NCBI RefSeq assembly: GCF_006345805.1
Contig: NW_021833178.1
Location: 1 to 29,198 of the forward strand
Length of the DNA: 29,198 nucleotides
Source of the DNA: Octopus sinensis
Lineage: Eukaryota
Direction: 5' to 3'
Numbering within the stretch: the stretch's first letter is position 1; each line of letters opens with the position of its first letter. Below, in pieces: positions 10,023 to 20,315 of this stretch. Made by a program: the position numbers and the translations under genes. A model generated the notes under the pieces. It was given only the letters and a program-made list of their open reading frames with translations. It had not been told where the DNA came from and did no database searches.

Positions 10023-11688
10023 CAGTAGTTTTATTTTTATAGCGTGCTTTCACTTCACTACCGAGCACAGCTCTGTGTGCCTTGGGTATGTGCTGTGATT
10101 TGTTGTGATGCTCTGATGGTTATTGTATGGAAAGTGTTCTGCGTAGGATGTGTGCAGTGCCTAGTAGTGCAATTTTCTGTATGTTATATGTGTTTGTAAG
10201 TCCTGGTGTTTTTGTTATGTATTTGTCTGAATATTTTTTTATTATGCCTAATGCACCTACTATGATAGGAATTGTTTCTGTTTTCAGATTCCACATTCTA
10301 GTTACCTCTATTTCCAGGTCTTTGTATTTTGAGAGTTTCTCCATTTCTTTTAGAGACACGTTGTCATCAGCCGGTATTGATACATCAATTAGAAAGCATT
10401 TTTTTCTTCATGATCTCTGACAACTATATCTGGTCTGTTGGCCTTAATTTCTCTATCTGTGTGTATCGGCATATCCCAGAGTATGGTTGCTTTCTCGTTT
10501 TCTGTGACTTTTCTGGTGTGTGCCTATACCATCTTTTTTCTGTTGTTATTCCATAATGTTTGCATAGCTTCCAATGTATGTAGGTTCCAACTCTGTCATG
10601 TCTGTGAATATATTCCTTCTTAGCCAAGACTGGGCAGCTAGAGATAATATGATTTATTGTTTCTTGTCCATCTCCACATATTCTGCAGTTACTTGTAATA
10701 TTTCTTTTCATTACATGTTTTTGGTAATTTCTGGTGGGGAGGCTTTGGTCTTGTGCTGCAATTAAAAATCCCTCTGTTTCTGCTTTGAGTCCTGAGCTTC
10801 TCAACCATTGCTGGGATTTTTCTTTGTCTATTTCTTTTGCGTTTAGTTTAGTCCAGTATTTACCATGAAGGGGCTTTTCTTGCCATCGTTTTATCATGGT
10901 TCGTTGCTGTTCTATTTTTAGTTTGGATTTCATTTGTTTTATAGCTTTTGTTGTTTCTTCATCTTCTTCTTCTTCTTCATGTTTATTAGGTGGTATGATT
11001 TCTTGTTTGTATTTGTCAGCTTCCTTAAATACTGAGAACAGTTTTTTGTTTTGCTCGTGTTTTGCCGCTATCTGGATCAGTTTTCCTTCCTTCTGAAGTA
11101 GATATTTTTGCAGTCCTATGGTGGTTATTTTATAGTAGTTTTCCAGCTGTATAAGGCCTCTACCACCTTCTATACGTTGTATATATAGTCTTTCTATGTC
11201 AGATTTTGGGTGATGCATCCTAGATCCTGTCATTATTTTTCTTGTTTTCCTATCTATTTTGGTCAGTTCATTTCGTGTCCAGTTAAGGATATTGTAGCTG
11301 TAACTTATAACTGGGACAGCTAAAGTGTTGATACCTATTATCTTGTTTTTAGCATTGAGCTCTGTGTTTAGTATTGATCTAACTCGTCTATAATATTCTT
11401 TTTTTATTTTCTCTTTCATTTGTGTGTGTTGTGTCTTATCTAGTTCATGGATTCCTAAGTATTTGTAAGTTTGGCTTTGGTCTAATTCTTTTATTTCATT
11501 GGTTTTATCTAGTGTGATGTTGTTACTCTTAACTAGTTTTCCTCTTTTCAGGGTTACTTTGGCGCATTTTTCTAATCCAAATTTCATATCTATTTCTTTG
11601 GTAAATCCATGAACTGTCTTTAATAGTGTTTCCAGCTGTTTGTCATTTGCAGCGTATAGTTTTAGGTCATCCATATATAAAAGGTGGC

Positions 11689-11690
<2 letters not shown>
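10023..11690 (-). mobile_element. R4/Dong-clade non-LTR retrotransposon with restriction-like endonuclease, 5'-truncated and young
   Basis: RT motif SHLLYMDDLKLYA, YKYLG, GGRGL, LKAETEGFLIAAQDQ, CCHC finger CRICGDGQETINHIISSC, RHDRV, and RLE NRPDIVV...IDVSIP...EKLSKY. About 100-bp 3' UTR with AATAAA. TAA repeats on both sides. Confidence 0.93.
10120..11690 (-). pseudogene. Truncated RT-ZnF-RLE reading frame of the R4/Dong element, broken by two 1-bp deletions
   Basis: Adding one A (minus strand) at T4 10509-10512 and at T7 10399-10405 joins the supplied ORFs 10424..11860 and 10120..10359 into one frame: ...HTPEKVTENEKATILWDMPIHTDREIKANRPDIVVRDHEEKKCFLIDVSIPADDNVSLKE... Confidence 0.85.
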
Positions 11691-11767
<77 letters not shown>

Positions 11768-11803
11768 TATTATTATTATTATTATTATTTTATTATCATT
11801 ATT
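11691..11803. repeat. (TTA)n microsatellite, 5' flank of the R4/Dong element
   Basis: Seen directly; it produces the poly-Asn/Ile/Tyr ORFs. Confidence 0.95.
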
Positions 11804-11806
11804 TTT

Positions 11807-12021
11807 AAGGTGATGAGCTGGTCGAATCGTTACCGTGGCGGGCAAAATCCATATCGGCATTTTAACCCGTCTTCATCTTCTGAACTCAAATTCCGCCTGA
11901 GGCCGACTTTATCCTTCATCCTTTTTGGGTCGATAAAATAAGTACCAGTTGAATACTAGGGTCGAGCTAATCCACTTACTCTTCCATCAAACTTGCTGTC
12001 TTTCTGCCAAAATTTGAAACC
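11807..12021 (+). mobile_element. SINE family A, diverged
   Basis: AAGGTGATGAGCTGG...CAAATTCCGCC.GAGGCCGACTTT..CCTTCATCCTTT..GGGTCGATAAAATAAGTACCAGTT. Confidence 0.8.
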
Positions 12022-12045
12022 GTTATTATCGTTGTTGGTGTTGTT

Positions 12046-12235
12046 AAGGCGGTTAGTGTGCAGAATCTTTTGCTCGTCGGACAAAATGCATAGCGGCGTT
12101 TCGTCTGGTTCCTTACGCTCTAAATTCAAATTCCGTCGAGGTCCACTTCACCTTTCACTTCTCCAAGGTCAATAAAATAAAGTTCAGGTCAAGTACTGAG
12201 ATCGTCGATGTTATCGGCTGAAAATTGCTGGCCCC
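12046..12235 (+). mobile_element. SINE family A, highly diverged second tandem copy
   Basis: AAGGCGG...GCAGAATC...ATTCAAATTCCGTCGAGGTC...CCTTTCA...GGTCAATAAAATAAAGT. Confidence 0.7.
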
Positions 12236-13184
12236 CACGCTGTGATTATTGTCAGGTGAGGGACCTCATCACATTCTGATGAGATCTGCTACAGGGACCA
12301 CGTGGCAGCACGGATGAATGGCCATCCGGTTAGGGAAGGCAACAGCATACTTGCTCCATATTTCTGCTGTGAAATCATTATGAGATAATCAGAACGAAGT
12401 AATGGTGTCATCTGATGGGGGACCTGGCGCCGGATCAGGAGGGCTTTTGTTGTAACGTCATCAACACGCTGCAATGGCGTTCGATTCATGGCGACGACGA
12501 CGACGACGATGACAACCAGGCTTGAATTAGATGCAGTTATCTCCATTAATGCATTTGAATGCCGTAGCAAGCAGACGTGCTTCGCATGGCTCCCACTACG
12601 AGAAGAATTTTACCTGGTTTATTTAAGAAAACAAACAAACAAAAAACTAAAACACACACACAAAAAAAAGAAACAAAGCAGAAAAATCTTCATTTCGACT
12701 CTGGAGTATTGACAGAAGGCTTTTGGATTTAAGTCTCCACCCTATTCCGGGTGGGTGGAAAATAGATTTGTCTTTGACATTGTTTTTTTAACTGCGTGTT
12801 TCTTCTGGCAAGCAGCAATTTGTATTCTTCTTGTTTCGGTAAAGCAAGATGATTGACATCAGGAGAAGCTACTTGACACAATGGTAGCATAAAATAACAA
12901 CATCCCACAGAAAGATTTCAAAACACACACAAAAAAGGCACACGATATGACATAAGAACAGGGATGCAAACATGGACAGTTATAGTCAAACATTCGGAAG
13001 AAAACAAAGAAAATTGTGACTTTTTAACGAATTTTAAATTGAATGATAAAACAGTAACGAGAGCAACAGCAACGAGTAATTTTACGAGCGAGTTTGTTCT
13101 TTTAAAAGTTCTGTTAAGGCTGCGAATGACAGTTGTGGTTGTGAGAATGACGTCAGCTGGGAGAAAGAAGAAAACCTGAAAAAC

Positions 13185-13645
13185 GAAGGAGAGAGAGGGG
13201 GGAGGGAGGCAGGAAAGTAGAGGGAGGAAGAGTAAAGGAAAAGAGAGAGAGAGAGGAAAAGAGAGAGAAAGAGAGAAAGAGAGAGAGAGAGAGAGGAAAG
13301 GAGAGGGAGGGAGAGTAAAGGAAAAGAGAGAGAAAGAGAGAGTGTGTGAAAGAGAATGGAGAAAGAGAAATAGGGACATAGAGAAAGGAGAAAGCCAGAG
13401 ATAAAGAGAGAAAGAGGAAGAGAAAGAGAGGCAGAAAGAAGAAAAAGACAGAGAATGAGTGTGAGAGAAAGAGAAAGAGAGACAGAGAAGGGAGAAAGAT
13501 CGGCAGAGAGAAAGAGAGTGAGAGAAAGAGGGATAGAGTGTGAAAGAGATAGAGGTAGAGAAAGGGGAAAGAGAGGGAGAGAGAAAGAAAGAGATAGAAA
13601 GATAGATAGAGATAGAGAAAGAGATAGAGAGAGATAGAGAGATAG

Positions 13646-13709
<64 letters not shown>
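13185..13709. repeat. ~520-bp polypurine tract of degenerate (GA)n, (GATA)n and pure (GA)n
   Basis: Seen directly. Confidence 0.95.
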
Positions 13710-13712
<3 letters not shown>

Positions 13713-14379
13713 CTCCTGTCTGAGGATTTTGATCAAAATAGGGCAAGATCGAAAGTGACAAAGAATAGGGAAGATTTTAATATGCCCCCGAAAGAGGATT
13801 TAGAATGTGCTTTAACCGAGACAAGTTGTGTATTCTGTTTAAAAAGCAGACAAATCTTAGTGCCCCACGCACCAGCTCATAGATTGGTGACCCAGCAAAT
13901 AAGGAAGAGAAATACAAAGGTCACAATAAGATAGATTATTGTTGATGCGACCATTTTGCTTTGTGTCGCCTTTTTCTAATTGAAAAGGGGCGCAGGTGTC
14001 GAGGACAGAAGTGATTTGCAACATGTAATGAGATGGGAGTCTGTATTAAACTGTGAGTACTGAAGACGTGGAAAGAACTGAAGGCCATTCTGAAAGTATG
14101 CCAAGTTGCAGTAGCGGTCAGAATGATGGTGTAGAATAGAGGGAGCTGTTGCCACATGCATGGATGCAAAAACCACTTAAGAACTATCTGTATAGAAGGT
14201 AAAATCTGATTGAAAAAAAAGAAGAGTATTACCAGGCAAGAATGGTAAGAACAATAACCGAAGTCTTGTAAATGCATGTGATGGACAGGAAGATTACAGT
14301 GGCTACTGTTGAAAACACAGTACCAACATTTGCGTCTCCGAAGACGGCTGGAGTATTTCTACAGGGCTTTTTGTTGGAC

Positions 14380-14605
14380 TTAAACACTTTCAGTACCAAC
14401 CTGCTCCAAAACCAACCCTGGTTCTTTGATACTGTCTGCTTTGAAATTACTTAAGTTAAAACGTTACATAAAAGTTTCATGTTAAATTATGTTTCAGACA
14501 CTAGTTTTAGAATGAGTTATTTTACTAAATATTTCAATATTTTAAAAATTAATTGCCAAAAAAAAAAAAAAAAGGTCGTGTATTTTGAATAGAGTTAAAG
14601 GTTAA
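14380..14605. mobile_element. Decayed piggyBac-type MITE bounded by TTAA
   Basis: TTAA at 14380-14383 and 14602-14605, with imperfect ends TTAAACACTTT and AAAGGTTAA. The reverse complement of its right end shares CAAAATACAC, CAATTAATTT and ATTTAGT with the piggyBac end at 17971. Confidence 0.5.
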
Positions 14606-14891
14606 AACCGTGATAATTTTTGCCAATTTTCAAATACTGCGATTTGCCAGTGTTGATATGGACAGCAGAAAATGCTGGGGAATGGAAGAATTCCTTCGCA
14701 ATTTAAGTATTTTGAATTGACTTTGAATTTAATGGTGTCTGCTGGAAGAGTAGGACGGATGAAGTCCTTGTTTTTATCTTTCTTGAGCGCTTCTTTGGAA
14801 ATATGTTTGGCCAGGACCTTCGTTTGTTGGATATTAAAGATTTGTATTGTGACATGGGAGATCTGCAACGGCATTGGTTGACGTTGTTCTG

Positions 14892-15320
14892 TCTTTTATT
14901 GTTTATTCTTATTGCAGTCACTGGATTGTAGCCATGCTGGAGCATCGCCTTGAAGAGTGTAGTCCAACAATTCGGTCCAAGAACAGTTTTTTAAAAGTCT
15001 GGTACTAATTGTATCGGACCTTTTTGTCAAACCGCTAGGTTACGGTGACATAAACAAACCAACATCTGTTGTCAAGTGGTGGTGACAAACACTGACACAC
15101 ACACACACACACACACAAACACATACAGATACGTACGTACACATACACGTGCACACACATATGCACACACACACATACACACGTACACACACATACACAC
15201 ACACATACAGACACGTACGTACACGGACACATGCACACACGTACACACGCACACACGTACACGCACACACACACGTACACGTATACCCCCCCCCACACAC
15301 ACACGTACACGTATACCTCT
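14892..15320 (-). mobile_element. SINE family B, 3' part plus expanded (CA)n linker, head missing
   Basis: GCCATGCTGGAGCATCGCCTTG...CCGCTAGGTTACGG.GACATAAACAAACCAAC...TTGTCAAGTGGTGG. Confidence 0.8.
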
Positions 15321-16225
15321 CCACATTATATTATTGCGATGTGAATCTCCTGAAAAATTAATTTTTAATTTCTTCATAAATTCTTCTTTACTCTCCACAT
15401 TGTGTAGGGTTGTCAGATTAATTCGTTCGTTTCCGCACCACTTTCATTTAGTTTAATTCTTACCAATGTTATTTGAACTAACACGAAAAATATTTTTATT
15501 GTTATATTTTATGATGTTTTTTTGTTTTGTTTTTGCAACTTTATTCTTTCTCTACAACAACATTTGTTCATCGCTTTTAAAATCTGAATAAATTTTGCCT
15601 CTTTTCACATCTGAAGATCGAATGGAAAAAAAAAAAAAGTAGAAAAAAGCGAATGAATTTATCGGACAACCAAATGTAGGAATATTTTTGTTATGAGTAC
15701 ACAATTATGGAGTTCCAGATGATATTTCATTCCAGATGTTATTTAAATTGTATGAAGATGTTGAAATTAAATTTTTATTATTGTTGTTGTAGTGGACAAC
15801 ATTTTCGTCCAACTATTTTTTTGTACGGTATTTTCAACGTCAGATAATCCCGTCGTCACTTCTTATTTTGTATTGTATATCCAGAACTATTTTATGTGGC
15901 GTAAAATAAGGTCCGCTAACTGTCATGCTAATGACGGTTATTGAGTTAGAAACACGTGTAAACGACTGTCTTCTCTCCGGACAAAACGTCTGCTCTTTCA
16001 TTTAACGGAATATCAATTTTGGAGAATTCCAGATTATTCCCCCCCCCCCAGTTCTGCTACTCGGTAATTATGACACATCTAAAGGCGGAGATAATTTTAA
16101 TAAAAGCAAGAATGTATGTTGTATAATATTTGATAGACCTGTATTTATCTAAGAAAGTTAAAGTAGGATTTGTTGCTATTTCTAACGAAATGTTTTCGTT
16201 GACTCACTTCATGATATATGTCACG

Positions 16226-16256
<31 letters not shown>

Positions 16257-16830
16257 TGCGTATGTAGGTAGGCACGTATGTATGTATGCCTGTATGTGAG
16301 TGTGTGTGTGTGTATGTACGTATATTGGCGTTGACGGAAATTAAGTAAGACTCGAAATCGCTAACTTTATTTACATGTGTCTCTTCTTTTTAAAATTCTT
16401 AGAATTCACTTCTGGAATTGAAGAGTTGGTTCCTCCACTGGAATTTTGACAGTAACAACAGTATAAAGTTACATGTTAAACTTCACAAAAAGTCTCATAC
16501 ATTTTCAGAGAATTGTTTACGGAGGGAATTTCAAGTCAAGGATATTAGGATGGGGGCGATGGATTGATAGAATCGAAAGAGCGACGAACAAAATGCTTTG
16601 CAGTGTTTAGTCACCTATCTTTACAAAAGCAACAACAACAACAACAACAACAACAACAACGTTGACGTCAAGGCCGACGACGGCGGCGGCAACGAGAAGG
16701 GTTATTGTGGGTCAATGATCATACAAAGGGCATCAAATAATACGCATTCTCGTACATGTGCACGCGTGGAAACATACGCACGCACACACACACACACATC
16801 CACATCCACACACACACACACATCCACATC

Positions 16831-16868
<38 letters not shown>

Positions 16869-16900
16869 ACACACACACACACTCCCGCGTGCACGCACAT

Positions 16901-17340
16901 ATTCTTCAGCCGTCATCAACCAAGCGCCCTCCCTCTATCCTGAAGTCGGTTTGCCTCAACTCGCCAATTCCCTTTGTGTTGAACCGCATGCTTACACTCA
17001 GCCAGGCTTTTGTTTTCCGTCCATTCTCTAATATCATCAATGCACAAACATCTTTAACAGTCTCTTGCTCTACCCCCACCGCTCTCCTTACCTCTCAGGA
17101 TGGTCTTCTACTCGTGGCGCATTGCACGTCCTAAATGCGATCACTTTGTGCACTTGATTCCCAACAATATGTGTCTTTCGACTTTCTGCTTTTTCTCATA
17201 CGCTGCAATATTTATTACTCTCGCTTTTACCGCCTCTTCTGTTCGATCTGAAAAATATCTTCACCTCAAACGCATTTTCTTTACCATTGTTCTCGACATT
17301 GTTCAAGTTTCTGCCCCGTAGAGGACAACTGCCATAATAT
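16901..17340 (-). mobile_element. Old RTE-type LINE 3' fragment
   Basis: Minus strand: VVLYGAET*TM (W changed to stop), NAFEVKIF, RVIN, HLGRAMRHE, KTILRGK, DDIREWT, WRV, then TGATGA. Matches the recalled RTE pattern LYGAETW...AFE...GHIMR...TILEGK...DNIKEW. Confidence 0.75.
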
Positions 17341-17431
17341 ATTTAAGTATGCTTGACCTCCTGTGTATCCATGAATATCTAGTTGCGTGCGTATGTATGT
17401 ATCTCTCTCTCCCTCCTTCCTTCTCTCTCTC

Positions 17432-17466
<35 letters not shown>

Positions 17467-17468
<2 letters not shown>

Positions 17469-17863
17469 TAGCAGTATCGCCCGGCGTTGCTCGGGTTTGT
17501 AAGGGAAATAACTATATAAGCATTTTTAGAGAGTTATAGCCAAAAAATAGGAAAAAAATGCATTAAAAATGGAAAAAAAATTAAGGTAAATTTCTTTTTA
17601 AATCGTTGACACATCGTAGATATTTTTAGAGAGTTACTTCCCTTATATAATAGCGAAAAAAATGCATTAAAATGGAAAAATATGATGGTAAATTTTTTAA
17701 AATCGTAGACTCATCGTAGACGCGCGCTAATACACAGAAGGGCTCGATATGACTCACGACTATAAGATACCCGTTTTGGTTACACTGCACCGCAAAATGT
17801 GGGAGTAGTTAGGAATCTAAATCGTAGGAGACAGACACACACTTCACTCTTATATATAAAGAT
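17467..17863 (+). mobile_element. Non-autonomous Helitron-like (Lep1/DINE-1-like) element, apparently complete
   Basis: 5' ACTAG with subterminal hairpin CCCGG-CGTTGC-TCGGG (17480-17495), internal ~100-bp tandem duplication, and 3' ACAGACACACAC...CTTATATATAAAGAT. Inserted next to an (AT)n run. Confidence 0.7.
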
Positions 17864-17970
17864 ATAAGTCACGTAGTTATATACACATACTTTGTTATAT
17901 ACACATTCTTAAAAGAAAATGTTATTTTGAATACAACATTTATAAAGAATAAAATATCTTTTGGTTTTTC

Positions 17971-18640
17971 TTAACCCTTTCGTTACTATATTTCTGACCA
18001 AAATACACCCCTTATGTGTTTCAATTAATTTCTAACGTAATCATAAATTTAGTCTGGTTTCATTAAACAACAATAACTTTTTTATTTATGAATATATTAA
18101 TCTGATTTTTGGAAGATAATTTAGTGAAATGTTCTCAACCAATTCTATACTATAATTTTTGTCACAAAGTGACTCTAATTGCAGGTAGATACAGGTAAAT
18201 TCAACAATATATAAAGTTATTAAAATTTTGTTCAAACATCGCTATAGAAAATGGTTATTAGCTAATATTCAATTGGGTATACAACAAAATTTTACGATAG
18301 AATTTGTTATTCTGGGTAACTTTCTGATACCCATAATAATATTTATGGCAAAATAGGCCTTAATTTAATTTAAGGTTGTGGGAAATAACAAACTATCCTT
18401 TCTTTCGCTTTGTTTACGTTTAGCGTAATGATTTCAAATAGGCTCATTCGAAAAAGTAAAAAGAAATAGTTTAAGGCTTTATACTCTTCTGGGAAAGTCT
18501 GTGGCTTGGTGCAGTTTCTTCAGAAAAATCACCAAAAGAAACAGTTTTTAAATTTTCACTCCATTCAGATACCAATTCATTTTCTTAATCGCTGTCGGAT
18601 TCACTGTTTTCACTTTAATAGCTGCAAACTTGCAAAGACA
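17971..18640 (-). mobile_element. piggyBac-like transposon, internally deleted derivative with transposase N-terminal remnant
   Basis: TTAA-CCCTTTCG terminus at 17971. Minus-strand remnants: acidic SENSESDSD, WSENLKTVSFGDFSEETAPSH, NYFFLLFRMSLFEII, and KAYFAINIIMGIRKLPRITN at 18301-18362 (PGBD-type EIKAFLGILILMGI.KLP). The other terminus was not found. Confidence 0.75.
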
Positions 18641-18759
18641 AAGGAGGAGAAGGGTGATAGCGTCAGTGAAACAGTCGCTCCCTTTGTGTGTGTGTGCGTT
18701 TGCGTGTGGTGTATCCCACATTAAGAAAAACATTTGACATATACACCAGAATGTGAGTT

Positions 18760-18936
18760 TTCTCTAATTTTGCTTAATTGGGGTTGAAATTTTAAAAACC
18801 GGACCTGGCATGACCCGATGCATTCTACTCTTAAAAATGCTAGGTAAATTGTAATTGAAGAAATCCTATATTGTAGATTTCTATAACTTACAAAGGGAGG
18901 CAGATAAAATCTGCCTTTTATAATAAGATTATAATA

Positions 18937-18940
<4 letters not shown>
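18760..18940 (+). mobile_element. Helitron-like 3' fragment
   Basis: GGGGTTGAAATTTT...ending TCTGCCTTTTATAATAAGAT, with TATAATAAGAT duplicated and followed by (AT)n. Confidence 0.4.
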
Positions 18941-19008
<68 letters not shown>

Positions 19009-19950
19009 TTATAATAAGTGTAGGTGGTATACGAGTGGATATATATTTATAAAAAAGAAGTTCGAAAACGCCACTATATAAGATAAATTTTAATTTTCTT
19101 AGAAATTTTACATGTTTCGGTTCTTCTTGAAAAAGATCGAGCCTTATAAAAATATTTTAAAAAGTTAAGTGTAATAAAAAAGTTCATAATTATTTCTTAC
19201 TAGTCTCAACTGAGTCCACGTGGTGTTTTTTGTGGGGAGGAAGCATAATAGCTGTCTTATGTGTTGACTAAAGTTGGGGAAATGACCAGTGGCCGAAATA
19301 GCAGTAGCAGCAGTGACTGTTGGTTGTAGTAGTAGTGACCATAGTGGTGGTATTTGGAGTTGGAGTAGTTCATTGACTGTAGTAATAGCAGCAGCAGCTG
19401 TGGATGGAGTTGTGGTAGCAGTTCATTGGCTGTAGTAATAGCAGTAGCAGCAGTGAAAGTGACCGTTATCAGCAGCAGTGGAATATATATATATTCTCAT
19501 ACTCAAAATATAACGCCATTTAAAACCTGAGCGAATACCTTTTAAGCATTCTGAACGAGTCAAACTCGGCTAACTAAATTGAACGGTCAAAGAAATTGTA
19601 ATCCACGAAGCCCGTAAAATTGCATCACGCTGTCTGTCCAGTTCTTAAGTCCAAAGTTAATACACAAAAAGAATTCAGTATAAGGTCGCAGAGAATAGTA
19701 GAAAATAAAACCAATAGATAATTATACAGTTTTAATCAGACTACGCGCATTTCGGATACAAGGCTATTACATAATTCTGCAATTTATTAATCAATCATAT
19801 TAATCAATCATATTAATCAATCAAATATTTCTCGATTAATATGCATGATTAATAAATCGCAGAAGAATACAGCGCGTAGGCTGATTAAAACCGTATAAAA
19901 AGCTCCATTCGTACGTTCTGTGTGTGTGTGTGTGTATGTATTACACCACG

Positions 19951-19991
<41 letters not shown>

Positions 19992-20202
19992 GTAAGAAAC
20001 GACCGAATAGGTTGTACACTTTGCAAACCCATTCGTTTGTTTCGTACCCTTATTGTTTTACGCTACACCAAGCATTCTACTAGTCGTCGAATTATTAGTT
20101 AATAAGTGGAATTGCAAGTCATAGCACAACCATTGTTCGACCTTATCTCCTATTGACTTAGACTTACACAAAAAACAATAGGACGCATTTATAGCCAAAG
20201 TA

Positions 20203-20221
20203 ATTTGCATAAATGACGTCA
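20203..20221. promoter_or_regulatory. Adjacent octamer (ATTTGCAT) and full CRE (TGACGTCA) motifs, candidate enhancer element
   Basis: ATTTGCAT at 20203-20210 and TGACGTCA at 20214-20221 in non-repeat sequence. Motif match only. Confidence 0.25.
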
Positions 20222-20315
20222 GAAAAATATCTCAGAGTGGCTAGTGGCATGCATTTGAATAACACAGACGAAAAGCCTTATGCCAAATACAGCATAAATT
20301 CTTGATTTCTTAAAA

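Noticed and set aside
10127-11096. Plus-strand ORFs overlapping the R4 element
   Set aside because: Antisense shadows of the retrotransposon ORF.
11691-11860. N-terminal MPIW...poly-Asn part of the 478-aa ORF
   Set aside because: Read-through from a flanking SINE and the (TAA)n array. The retrotransposon sequence starts at 11690.
13711-13770. Second hammerhead candidate CTGAGGA...GATC-GAAA
   Set aside because: Four extra U before stem II, and no NUH triplet adjacent to a stem I partner.
13711-14380. Possible old LINE/LTR fossil in unique-looking sequence
   Set aside because: I could not recover any convincing protein motif in six frames.
14602-14874. 90-aa minus-strand ORF (MPLQISHV...)
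   Set aside because: No recognisable domain or splice signals; it lies between a MITE and a SINE, and the length is within chance expectation.
19300-19480. Imperfect ~53-bp tandem duplication in (GTA/GCA)n low-complexity sequence
   Set aside because: Ordinary trinucleotide slippage; no regular repeat-spacer structure, so not CRISPR-like.
13148-20221. Near-equal ~3.5-kb spacing of the three CRE sites (3515 and 3551 bp)
   Set aside because: The intervals contain unrelated TE insertions, so the spacing is probably coincidental.
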